From assembly GCA_963775055.1 (NCBI GenBank), contig CAVZHK010000001.1:461402-525401 (forward strand): 64,000 nt of DNA, given 5' to 3'. The first letter of the stretch is position 1. Each line of letters opens with the position of its first letter. The DNA is from an uncultured Acidimicrobiaceae bacterium (GTDB lineage Bacteria; Actinomycetota; Acidimicrobiia; Acidimicrobiales; CAIXPF01). Made by a program: the position numbers and the translations under genes. The notes under the pieces are model-generated. The model did not search any database and was not told where the DNA came from. It saw nothing but the letters and a program-made list of their open reading frames with translations. This document shows positions 9,335 to 18,293 of this stretch, piece by piece.

Positions 9335-10900
9335 ATGTCCGACCACGAATCACTTGACGACAGTCCCGTTGGCGCCGAGGAAGGCCATCCTCGGCGCCAG
9401 CTCATTTTGGCCATCATGTGCCTCTGCCTGGTGCTCATCGTGGCCGCCGTCAGCTCGCTCAACGTGGCCCTGCCCACCATCGTGCGAGAGCTCGATCCCA
9501 GCAGCACCGAGCAGTTGTGGATCCTGGATGCCTACGCCTTGGTGTTCGCCGGTCTGCTGCTGCTATGCGGTGCCCTAGGTGACCGCTTCGGCCGCAAGAA
9601 GGCGCTGCTGGTCGGCCTGACCATCTTCGCGGTGGCCTCCACCGTGGCCGCCTACGCCGACGATCCCCGCCAGCTCATCGCCTTCCGAGCGGTGATGGGC
9701 ATCGGGGCGGCGCTCATCATGCCCGCCACCTTGTCCACCATCACCGTGGTGTTCGCGCCCAGGGACCGGGCCAAGGCCATCGCCGTGTGGGCCGGTCTGG
9801 CGGGGGCCGGCGGGGCCATCGGGCCACTGCTGTCGGGGCTGTTGCTCGAGAAGTTCTGGTGGGGATCGGTGTTCTTCATCGTGGCCCCCATTGCCGTGGT
9901 AGCCATCGCCGCCATCGCCCTCGTGGTGCCCGAATCAGCCGATTCCGAACGTCACCCACTGGATTTCGTGGGTGCCGCGCTGTCCGTGGTGGCGCTGTGC
10001 GGGGTGGTGTTCGGCATCATCGAGGGCCCCGAGATCGGCTGGGGCGATCCGGTCACCATCGGCGCCTTCGTGGTGGGCATACTGGCCGGTATCGGCTTCG
10101 TGCTGTGGGAGTGCCGGGTGGAACATCCCTTGCTGGATCCCCGCCTCTTCCGCATTCCCCGCTTCGGTTTGGGCAGCCTTTCCGTCACCGCCTCGTTCCT
10201 GTCGATGTTCGGCATGTTCTTCCTGTTCACGTTGTATCTGCAGTTCGTGCTGGGCTACTCGGCGCTGGGCTCCGCGGTGCGGTTGTTGCCGTTCTCCGCC
10301 ATCATGATCGCCATCGCCCCCCGCAGCCCGCAGCTGACCGCCCGCTTCGGCACCCGGGCCGTGGTGGCCGCTGGTTTCGCGGTGCAATCCGTCGGCTTCG
10401 CTTTGGCCATGGGGTTCAAGGTCGACACCAGCTATTGGTACCTGCTCCTGACGGTGGCGCCCATGGCCGCCGGCATGGCCCTGCTGATGCCGCCGATCAC
10501 CAACGCCATCGTCACCTCGTTGCCCCAGGACAAGGCCGGGGTGGCCTCCGCGGTGAACGACACCACCCGTGAGGTGGGTGGCGCGGTCGGCATCGCGCTC
10601 ATGGGAACGTTGCTGACCACCGGGTACCAGTCGGCGCTGGGTGGGGCCACCGCAGCACTGCCCGAGGCGCAGGCCGAGATGGCGAAGGATTCCGTGGGCG
10701 GGGCCATGGTGGTGGCCAGCCAACTGCAGGGCCCCGCCGCCGCCGAGCTGGTGAACGCCGCCCGTCAGGCCTTTGTCGATGGTTCCACGATCGCCTTCGG
10801 TGCGGCCGGCGTGCTCGGTGTGATCATGGCCGTGTTGATCGCCCGCACGTACCCCGACGACGTGTTGGAGGACCTCCCACTGCAAGCGGTCGCGGTCTGA
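9335..10900 (+). CDS. MFS transporter, DHA2 (EmrB/QacA-like, about 14 TMS) family
   Basis: The ORF is about 521 aa and hydrophobic throughout. It has GALGDRFGRKKALLVG (MFS motif A). An alternative TTG start lies at 9329. Confidence 0.8.
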   Translation: MSDHESLDDSPVGAEEGHPRRQLILAIMCLCLVLIVAAVSSLNVALPTIVRELDPSSTEQLWILDAYALVFAGLLLLCGALGDRFGRKKALLVGLTIFAVASTVAAYADDPRQLIAFRAVMGIGAALIMPATLSTITVVFAPRDRAKAIAVWAGLAGAGGAIGPLLSGLLLEKFWWGSVFFIVAPIAVVAIAAIALVVPESADSERHPLDFVGAALSVVALCGVVFGIIEGPEIGWGDPVTIGAFVVGILAGIGFVLWECRVEHPLLDPRLFRIPRFGLGSLSVTASFLSMFGMFFLFTLYLQFVLGYSALGSAVRLLPFSAIMIAIAPRSPQLTARFGTRAVVAAGFAVQSVGFALAMGFKVDTSYWYLLLTVAPMAAGMALLMPPITNAIVTSLPQDKAGVASAVNDTTREVGGAVGIALMGTLLTTGYQSALGGATAALPEAQAEMAKDSVGGAMVVASQLQGPAAAELVNAARQAFVDGSTIAFGAAGVLGVIMAVLIARTYPDDVLEDLPLQAVAV

Positions 10901-11021
10901 AACGGCGGGTCGGGCGGTGCTCAGCGGACCGGCGTTCCCACCCCAGTGAATGTGCTTAGACTCGCGCGGCGTCGTGCCCCGACCAAGGGGCCAGCCGACC
11001 GGACAAAGGGGAACAGACGTG

Positions 11022-12128
11022 ATGAAAACTCGCGGGGCAGTGGTGCGGGAAACTCCCGGCAAGTGGGAGATCGTGGACATCGAGTTCGACGAACCCCGCC
11101 AGGGTGAACTGGTGCTGGACATGGTGGCCGCCGGCCTGTGCCACTCCGATGATCACTTCTGCACCGGTGACCTCCCCCCCGGCTTGCTGCCCTTCGCCGG
11201 TGGTCACGAGGGCGCCGGGATCGTGTCCAAGATCGGCCCCAACACCCCCGGGTGGGAGATCGGGGACCACGTGGTGATGTCGTTCCTGCCGGGTTGCGGC
11301 CGTTGCCGTTGGTGCGCCTCGGGCCAGCAGAACCTCTGTGACATGGGCGCCAACACCCTCACCGGTTGCCGGATGGATGGCAGCTACCGGGGTCGGGTCA
11401 ACGGACAGGACATGGGTCAGGCGGCGGGGATCTCCACGTTCTGTGAGCGTTCGCTGGTGGACGTAGCCTCCTGCGTGAAGGTTGACAAGGACATCCCGCT
11501 CGAGAAAGCGGTGTTGGTGGGCTGCGGTGTGGGTACCGGTTGGGGTTCCGCGGTGAACGCCGCGGAGACCAAGCCCGGTCAGACCATCATCATCATGGGC
11601 ATCGGCGGCATCGGCATCCACGCCGTGCAGGGCGCCAAGCACGCTGGCGCCACCCACGTCATCGCCGTGGATCCGGTGGAGTTCAAGCGGGAGATGGCCC
11701 AGAAGGTGGGCGCCACCCACATCTTCGCGACCATGGACGAAGCGGCGGACTTCGCCCGTTCGGTCACCGACGGCCAGGGTGCGGATGCCGCTTGCGTCAC
11801 CACCGGTGTGCTCAAGACCGAGCATGTGCTGCAAGCCTTCAACGCCATCCGCAAGGCCGGCACCGTGGTCGTCACCGGCATTGGCAAGATCGACGAGCAG
11901 GTACAGGTCCCGGCGTTCGAGTTGACGCTGTTCCAAAAGCGCATCCAGGGTGCGTTGTTCGGCGCCTCCAGCCCCAGCCGTGACATCCCGTGGATGCTGC
12001 GGATGTACCAGTCGGGCCAGCTGTTGCTAGACGAGCTGATCACCACCACGTACAAGCTCGATGACATCAACCAGGGCTATGCCGACATGCACGCCGGCAA
12101 GAACATCCGCGGCGTCATCGTTTACTGA
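11022..12128 (+). CDS. zinc-dependent alcohol dehydrogenase, NDMA-dependent ADH-like
   Basis: Translation from the ATG at 11022 reads MKTRGAVVRETPGKWEIVDIEFDEPRQGELVLDMVAAGLCHSDDH and includes GHEGAG and GIGGIG. The upstream part of ORF 10950 has no homology-like character. Confidence 0.85.
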   Translation: MKTRGAVVRETPGKWEIVDIEFDEPRQGELVLDMVAAGLCHSDDHFCTGDLPPGLLPFAGGHEGAGIVSKIGPNTPGWEIGDHVVMSFLPGCGRCRWCASGQQNLCDMGANTLTGCRMDGSYRGRVNGQDMGQAAGISTFCERSLVDVASCVKVDKDIPLEKAVLVGCGVGTGWGSAVNAAETKPGQTIIIMGIGGIGIHAVQGAKHAGATHVIAVDPVEFKREMAQKVGATHIFATMDEAADFARSVTDGQGADAACVTTGVLKTEHVLQAFNAIRKAGTVVVTGIGKIDEQVQVPAFELTLFQKRIQGALFGASSPSRDIPWMLRMYQSGQLLLDELITTTYKLDDINQGYADMHAGKNIRGVIVY

Positions 12129-12154
12129 CAGCCCTTTCCCCCGCGTTCCCCGAT

Positions 12155-12186
12155 CTCCGGCCCATACCGCTCGGTGTGGGCCGGAG
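12155..12186 (+). terminator. putative intrinsic terminator hairpin after the ADH gene
   Basis: The sequence ctccggccca-taccgctcggtg-tgggccggag forms a 10-bp GC-rich stem. It lies 27 nt after the stop and is followed by gcgcgctttggggg, a weak U-tract. Confidence 0.35.
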
Positions 12187-12227
12187 GCGCGCTTTGGGGG
12201 TCCCTCCCCGGGCCACATACCGATTGC

Positions 12228-12730
12228 TCCGGTGACGAAACTCGACCAGGGCCAGCCCAGAACCCTTTACTTCCTCCGGTGACGAAACTCCCGGCCAGTC
12301 CCGCTCCGCCCCACCGTTTCCCCGGTGACGAAACCCGTTCCTGCGCCGTCGGTTGGAGACTGGTGCAGCTGGCGCGGGTTCATGTGTGCAGTTTGGGGGC
12401 GACACCTGCAGACACCGGCGGATTTCGACCGTGCGTGAGCGGGACGGCACCGTACGTCGAGCGTTTCGGTCTGACGGAGACGGGCGTGTCCAAAACCCGC
12501 CACGTGGGCACAAACCGTCCCGTTGCTTGGCTTGTCCGGCGCGCCGCCACGCAGCTCACGGTGAGCTAGCCGAGGCGGGCCGGCAGCATTTCGTCACCGG
12601 AGAAATCCCGACGCCCCGAAACGACACAAGCCGACCGGCCGACCCGACCCGCCGACCCGACCCGACCCGCCTGACCGGACGGACCCGACCCGCCTGACCG
12701 GCCGACCCAGCCAACACATTTCGTCACCGA
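12228..12730. repeat. array of a roughly 16-nt motif yCyCGGTGACGAAAy: 3 direct copies, then 2 inverted copies, around a central inverted-repeat element and a GACCC-rich microsatellite
   Basis: The core ggtgacgaaa occurs at 12231-12240, 12278-12287 and 12324-12333, with spacing of 47 and 46 bp. The reverse core tttcgtcacc occurs at 12589-12598 and 12719-12728. A 20-bp direct repeat gacccgacccgcctgaccgg lies at 12659-12678 and 12682-12701. No convincing ORF is present. Confidence 0.8.
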
Positions 12731-12801
12731 GGAACCCCGATGCCTGCAATCGCAGCGGGTTGCGCGTCCATAGCGAAGCACCAACAGCGGCGGATTCGCG
12801 G

Positions 12802-14124
12802 TCAACCGTGTCGGCGCGGCCCGGCCTCGGCCTGCTGCAACTCGACCAGCACCTCCTCGGTGTGCTGACCCAACTCGGGCGCAGGTCCACGCACCGATAG
12901 ATCCACACCGCGCAGATGGAACGGCGCCGCCACGGTCCGGAACCGCAACCCTTGCGTCGGATCCTCGACCAGTGGGAACAGGCCCATGGCGGCCGCCTGG
13001 GGATCCTCGATCAGCTCCGGCAGCGTCTGCACCGGGGCCCAGATGACACCGGCCTCATCAAAGCGCCGGGCCCACTCGTGACGGGCCTCGGTGGCCAGCA
13101 CCGCATCAAGGGCTTCGATCAATTCCGGTGCGTGCTCCAACCGAGAACCTACCTCGCGGTATCGATCGTCCATGGTCCACTCCAGCCGATCGAGCGCCAC
13201 GCAGACGTTGTCCCAATAGTCACGAGGGCCGGGCATGCACAGCGCCACCCAGCGATCATCGGCGCAGCGGTAACGGCAGGTCAGCGGATTGGGCCAGGCG
13301 CTGCGGGCCGCCTTCGGGGGTTGGGCCCCATCGATCAGCGCCACCGACAGGTCAGTGGCCAGCGTCCACGCCGCTACCTGGAACAGCGCCACCTCCACGG
13401 TCTGAGCCTCTCCCGTGGCATCACGTTGCCGCATCGCCGCCAGCACCGCCGCCAGCAGGGCCAGCGCCGTGGTGTGGTCACCTTGACCCGGGCGGAACCC
13501 TGGCGGCGGCGCACCGGGCTCGCCGATGAGCGCGGACACGCCACCCTTGGCGAAAAACGCCGTCCAGTCATAACCCGGCTTCCCGGCATCGGGCCCGACG
13601 CTGCCATAACCCCCGATCGAGGCGTACACCACCGTCGGGTTGTGCACCACCAGATCGGCCGGGGTCAGGCCATAGCGCTCCCGACGTTCCTCGGTGAGGT
13701 TGGTGAGGAAGATCTCAGCGCCAGCCACCAACCGATGCACCAACGCCACCCCGTCGGGATGTGACAGATCCGCCACCACCGATCGCTTGCCTCGATTGTC
13801 GACCGTGAAATAGGGGTCGGGATGGGGACCGGGACCGGCGCCAGGCCCAAACACCCGGTGGGCGCCGCGCAGGATGTCACCGGTGGGCGGCTCGACCTTG
13901 ATGACGTCGGCGCCCAGATCGGCCATCAACGCCCCGGCCGACGGACCGGCGATCATGTTGGCCACCTCGATGACCCTCACCCCCGACAGCGGCCGCACGG
14001 TACCCACGCCGACCGCGCCAGCACCGACCCGATGGACGCCATCCGCGCCGGGCGCGCCAGGCACCCCGGGATCGACAGCGCCCGGGGTCGAGGAGGGGTT
14101 TCTCGGGTTCGACGACACCACCAT
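12802..14124 (-). CDS. family III CoA-transferase (CaiB/BaiF type)
   Basis: The ORF contains RPLSGVRVIEVANMIAGPSAGALMADLGADVIKVEPPTGD plus the conserved core. The start is uncertain: ATG at 14124, or a GTG further in. The ORF-track start at 14298 would overlap the divergent EEP gene. Confidence 0.75.
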   Translation of the reverse strand: MVVSSNPRNPSSTPGAVDPGVPGAPGADGVHRVGAGAVGVGTVRPLSGVRVIEVANMIAGPSAGALMADLGADVIKVEPPTGDILRGAHRVFGPGAGPGPHPDPYFTVDNRGKRSVVADLSHPDGVALVHRLVAGAEIFLTNLTEERRERYGLTPADLVVHNPTVVYASIGGYGSVGPDAGKPGYDWTAFFAKGGVSALIGEPGAPPPGFRPGQGDHTTALALLAAVLAAMRQRDATGEAQTVEVALFQVAAWTLATDLSVALIDGAQPPKAARSAWPNPLTCRYRCADDRWVALCMPGPRDYWDNVCVALDRLEWTMDDRYREVGSRLEHAPELIEALDAVLATEARHEWARRFDEAGVIWAPVQTLPELIEDPQAAAMGLFPLVEDPTQGLRFRTVAAPFHLRGVDLSVRGPAPELGQHTEEVLVELQQAEAGPRRHG

Positions 14125-14196
14125 CGCGGGGACCGTAATGGGACCGGGCCCAGGCGGCACCCTCAGGCGATGGGGCGGGCCGATACCGTGGGCCGG

Positions 14197-14901
14197 ATGC
14201 GGGTGCTGTGCTGGAACGTTCGGGGCGCCACCGACGCCAAGTGGGAACACATCACCGGACTCCGCCCTGACGTCGCCGTGCTGGCCGAGGTTGCCCAACA
14301 GCCCCGCCGGTTGCAGGCGTCGCTGTTGGAGCCGGCACCAGCGTGGCAGTGGGTCGGGCTCAACCCGGCCAAGGGGCTGGCGGTGTCCGCCTTTGGGGAC
14401 CGGGCCGAGACGTGCGGGGCGTTGGCTCCTGCGGCCACCGGACGATGGTCGGTGGCGGCCCGGCTGGGATCGCTCACGGTTTTGGGGATCTGGTCCTGCC
14501 CCAGCGCCAGCGGCGGATACGCAACCGAGGTGCTACGGAGCCTCGACGCTCACGCCCGTTGGCTGGACCCTGAGGCCGACGTGATCGTGGCCGGAGACTT
14601 CAACATCGACGGGGCCGGTGCGCTGCGTCGACGATCAGGCGCGTTCAGCAAGGTGATCGACCGATTCCAGGACCTCGGCCTCGCGAGCGCGTACCATACC
14701 GTATGGCAGGAGCCGTTCGGGGCCGAGTCCAGCCCGACCTATTTCCATCACCGCAATCGGGCCCGGCCGTTCCACATCGACTTCTGCTTCCTGTCCGCGC
14801 CGCTACTCGATCGACTGCGGGCGGTGACGGTGGGCAAGTACGAGCAATGGGTCGACAGCGGCATCTCAGACCACGTGCCCCTCACCATCGAGCTCGACTG
14901 A
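14197..14901 (+). CDS. endonuclease/exonuclease/phosphatase (EEP) family protein
   Basis: Translation from the ATG at 14197 reads MRVLCWNVRGATDAKWEHI. Further in are AGDFNID and the C-terminal ISDHVPLTIELD. The upstream 125 codons of ORF 13822 are antisense to the CoA-transferase gene. Confidence 0.7.
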   Translation: MRVLCWNVRGATDAKWEHITGLRPDVAVLAEVAQQPRRLQASLLEPAPAWQWVGLNPAKGLAVSAFGDRAETCGALAPAATGRWSVAARLGSLTVLGIWSCPSASGGYATEVLRSLDAHARWLDPEADVIVAGDFNIDGAGALRRRSGAFSKVIDRFQDLGLASAYHTVWQEPFGAESSPTYFHHRNRARPFHIDFCFLSAPLLDRLRAVTVGKYEQWVDSGISDHVPLTIELD

Positions 14902-14929
14902 CCCCGGCAGGCCGGCCACACACCGACGG

Positions 14930-15632
14930 CTACGCCGCGGCGTGGCCCAGGTACAACTGACGCAGCCGTTCTGGGTCCTGTTGCAGCGGGGCGCACGGGC
15001 CCTCGTAGGCGATGTTGCCCCGTACCAACACGTATGCCCGGTCCCCGTTGGCCAACGCCGAGCGCGGCGAACTGTTCCACCAGCAACACCCCCACGCCGC
15101 CCGCTGCCAAGGTCCGCACGATGGGCATCAGCCGCTTGATGATGGTGGGGGCCAGGCCCAACGACATCTCGTCGAGCATCAACACCTTGGGCTTGGCCAC
15201 CAACGCCCGGGCGATCACCAGCATCTGCTGCTCACCGCCGGAGAGCAAACCGGCCCGGGCATCCCGGCGGGAAGCCAACTCGGGAAACAACTCGAAGGCC
15301 TGTCCGATCTCAGATCTGGGTCCGGCCACCAACAGGTTCTCTTCCAACGTGAGCTCGGCGAAGATGGCCCGACCCTGTTCGATGTGCGCCAGACCCTTAC
15401 GGGCCCGGGCCATACGGGACAGTTTGTTGATGAGCTGCCCGTCCAGCAGGATCTGACCGCTGCCGGCGGGAATAATGCCGGAGATGGCCTCCAGCATGGT
15501 GGTCTTGCCGGCCCCATTGGCACCGAGCAACACCACCACCTCGCCGGCACCCACGGTCAGGTTCACCCCTCGTACGATGGGCGACCCGGCGCGCGGCACC
15601 ACGACCTCGACGAGCTCCAACCCACCGCTCAC
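14930..15632 (-). pseudogene. livF: branched-chain amino acid ABC transporter ATP-binding protein (LivF type), 1-nt frame break near 15058
   Basis: Walker A GANGAGKTT, LSGGEQQML and LMLDE are present. After LLVEQFAAL the listed ORF turns to nonsense. The adjacent frame gives the canonical end LANGDRAYVLVRGNIAYEGPCAPLQQDPERLRQLYLG with a stop at 14930. Confidence 0.8.
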
Positions 15633-17434
15633 AGCTCGGCCCTTGCGCCAGCTGGGCCACCGGCCAGTTCGGCAACCCCGCCGACGGCCTCTTCCAGTTC
15701 CACGTCATCACCGAGGTAGGCCGCGGAGACCCTCGGGTCCGACAGCACCGCCTCAGGGGTTCCCTCGGCGATGACAATGCCGAAGTCCAGCACCGTGATG
15801 CGCGAACACGCACTGGCCACCAGTTCCACGTTGTGCTCGATCAGCACCACCGAGCAACCGAAACGCCTCGGTATATCCCGGATGCGCTGACCCAACGCTG
15901 CCGCTTGCTCGGCACCCAGACCCGCCGCCGGCTCGTCCAGGAAGGCCACCACCGGACGGGACGCCACCGCCGCGGCCACCTCGAGGATGCGGCGTGTGCC
16001 GACATCGATGAACTCGATGGGCTGATCACCCGCTGGCAGCCCGAAGAACCCGAGCAGCTCGTCCACGTGGGCCGCGTCCAGGCGCCGACCGGCGTAGAGG
16101 CTGAGGTATTCCCCCACGGTCAGCTCGGGGATGGCCCGGCCCTGCTGGAAGGTTCGGCGCATGCCGGCGGCCGCACGCTTGTGTGCGACCAGTGCATCTA
16201 TGGGGCTGCCATTGAGCAGGGTCTGGCCCTGGTAACCGGGGACGAAACCGCACACTGCGTCGACCAACGTGGATTTGCCGGCACCGTTGGGCCCGATCAC
16301 GCCCACCACCGTCGCCGGGGGCACCGAGAGATTCACTGCATCGAGCGCGGTGAGGGCGCCGTAGCGCACGGTCAGCCCTCGCAGCTCCAGCACCGGCGCG
16401 TCGCTCGCCGGGCGGGGCGCGGCGGCCACCTCGGGCGGGGGGGCCGGCGACGGCGAGGTGGAGGGTCGGGGGCGGCGCCACGGGAAGGTGGAGGAGATCC
16501 CGGCCCCGCCCTGGGAAAGGGCGTGAATGGCGCCCAACCCGAAAAGGATCTGCGGATACTCCACCGGCCAGCCGATGCGACCGAAAGTCTCCGGGATCAG
16601 CGCCGCCAGGCTCCCTGCCACCACCGCCCCGGACAGGCTTTGGGAACCGAACATCACCGCAGCGGCCACGACGGCGAGAGATCCCAGCGCGGTAAACGAA
16701 CGAACGTCGATGGAACCTTCGAGCTGGGCCGCATACAACCCACCGGCGACACCGGAGATCAACGCGCTCACGATGAACGCTGACAGCTTGACCTGCGGAA
16801 CGGACAGCCCGGCGGCGGCCGTGGCCCGCTCGCTGGAACGCACCGCCCGCCAGGCCTGACCCATCCGGCGCCGGCCCAGCCACTCGAGGGACACGCCAGT
16901 GAGGATCAGCATCACGAAACACAACAGGAAATACATGCGGTTGGAGCTGAACCCCATCGGCCGCAACGGGCGGAACGTGGCGTCAAGGGAACCAGGAAAG
17001 TTGTGGCGGGAGAACACCGAACCGATGGCCACCCCGAAGGCCAGGGTCACCACGGCCAGATTCACGCCCCGCAACCGCAGGGCCAAGCCACCCACCACCA
17101 AACCGGCGGGTACGGCACAGAGGGCCCCGATCACCACCATGATCAGGAACGGCAGGCGCTGATTGACGTTGAACCACAGCACCACCCAGGCGCTGATGCC
17201 GGCAAAGCCCAGCGGGCAGAGCGACAACAGGCCGGCCCGACCAAAAAGCATGCCCACGGAAAGGGACAACATGGCCTGGATCACCGCGAAGGTGGCCGCG
17301 AACTGCCACGTGCTGTCCGGGGCGGTCATACCCACCAGTATGAGCAGGCCCAGCAGAGCGGTGGGGAGACCGAGGCGTCTGATGTCGGCGGAGGCGAAAA
17401 GTCCCTGCGGACCCGACCCGTTAGCGAGCCTCAC
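15629..17434 (-). CDS. fused branched-chain amino acid ABC permease (LivM-like) and ATP-binding (LivG-like) protein
   Basis: The N-terminal roughly 330 aa are hydrophobic and permease-like. A Pro/Ala linker is followed by an ATPase domain (GPNGAGKST, LDEPAAGL, IEHN). The GTG start at 17434 overlaps the livH stop. The ORF-track extension to 17563 lies inside livH. Confidence 0.8.
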   Translation of the reverse strand: MRLANGSGPQGLFASADIRRLGLPTALLGLLILVGMTAPDSTWQFAATFAVIQAMLSLSVGMLFGRAGLLSLCPLGFAGISAWVVLWFNVNQRLPFLIMVVIGALCAVPAGLVVGGLALRLRGVNLAVVTLAFGVAIGSVFSRHNFPGSLDATFRPLRPMGFSSNRMYFLLCFVMLILTGVSLEWLGRRRMGQAWRAVRSSERATAAAGLSVPQVKLSAFIVSALISGVAGGLYAAQLEGSIDVRSFTALGSLAVVAAAVMFGSQSLSGAVVAGSLAALIPETFGRIGWPVEYPQILFGLGAIHALSQGGAGISSTFPWRRPRPSTSPSPAPPPEVAAAPRPASDAPVLELRGLTVRYGALTALDAVNLSVPPATVVGVIGPNGAGKSTLVDAVCGFVPGYQGQTLLNGSPIDALVAHKRAAAGMRRTFQQGRAIPELTVGEYLSLYAGRRLDAAHVDELLGFFGLPAGDQPIEFIDVGTRRILEVAAAVASRPVVAFLDEPAAGLGAEQAAALGQRIRDIPRRFGCSVVLIEHNVELVASACSRITVLDFGIVIAEGTPEAVLSDPRVSAAYLGDDVELEEAVGGVAELAGGPAGARAEL

Positions 17435-18278
17435 TCCACATCTCCTTCCGCTGGGACCACAACAGGGCGGCGGACACCACCACGAAGGAGATCGACGGGC
17501 CGTAGTTGCCCACAACGCCCCAATCGAGGGACATCGACTCGATGATGCCGATGGCCAGCCCACCCACGATCGTCAGGGTGAAGCTGCGCATGGCACCGAA
17601 AACCGCCGCTGCCATGCCCGGGATGACCAGGCTGACCAGGCTTGGGATGGATCCGCGAGTGGGTGCCACCAACAACAACACCATGGTGGTCACTGCGCCG
17701 GCGAGGGCCCACACCAACACCGTGACCCTGGTGGTGTTGACGCCCATCAACTCCGCCGTGACCGGCCGGGCTGACACCGCCCGAAGCTGGATGCCCAGGC
17801 GGGTGTTGTTCAGCACCAGCCACAGGCCGACGCTGAAGATCACGGCGATGAACAGGATCACGATCACCGCGCCGGTGACCGCCACATTGCCGACGTTTCT
17901 GGTGAGCGAGGCGAACAACCGGGGAAAGAACCGTTGGTTGTCGTGAAAGCGCAACAGGCTGGCGGCGAAGATCGAGATGGCCATGGCCATGGACACCGTG
18001 GATCGAACCATGACATTCGACTCACGGAAGAACCTGGCCATGAGCCATCCCTGGAAACCGGTGAGCACCATGGCGATGACCACGGCCGCCGCCATCGCCA
18101 CCCACACGTTCCAGCCCTGCACTTCCAACAGGTCGGTCATGAAATAGACCGCGAACGTGGGCGCGAAGGTCTGGGAGAAGTTGACGACGGCACCCACCCG
18201 GAAGAGCAGCACAATGCAGACTCCCACCAGGGCATAGGTGCCGCCGCCGGCCAGACCGGCGACGGCCAGATCGATCAT
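17421..18278 (-). CDS. livH: branched-chain amino acid ABC transporter permease (LivH type)
   Basis: The 285-aa ORF is hydrophobic. It begins MIDLAVAGLAGGGTYALVGVCIVLLFR and contains the GIQLRAVSARPVTAELMGVN motif. Confidence 0.85.
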   Translation of the reverse strand: MIDLAVAGLAGGGTYALVGVCIVLLFRVGAVVNFSQTFAPTFAVYFMTDLLEVQGWNVWVAMAAAVVIAMVLTGFQGWLMARFFRESNVMVRSTVSMAMAISIFAASLLRFHDNQRFFPRLFASLTRNVGNVAVTGAVIVILFIAVIFSVGLWLVLNNTRLGIQLRAVSARPVTAELMGVNTTRVTVLVWALAGAVTTMVLLLVAPTRGSIPSLVSLVIPGMAAAVFGAMRSFTLTIVGGLAIGIIESMSLDWGVVGNYGPSISFVVVSAALLWSQRKEMWSEAR

Positions 18279-18293
18279 CGGGTCAGGCGCCGA

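Noticed and set aside
12640-12705. GACCC(G) repeats considered as a possible CRISPR or minisatellite array.
   Set aside because: The units are 5-6 nt with no spacers, and the 20-bp repeat occurs only twice, 23 bp apart. This is not CRISPR-like, and no cas genes are present in the window.
13822-14298. The long 5' extensions of the EEP ORF (from 13822) and of the CoA-transferase ORF (to 14298).
   Set aside because: The extensions are mutually antisense and lie over each other's coding or promoter regions. Family-typical N-termini start at 14197 (MRVLCWNV) and at or after 14124.
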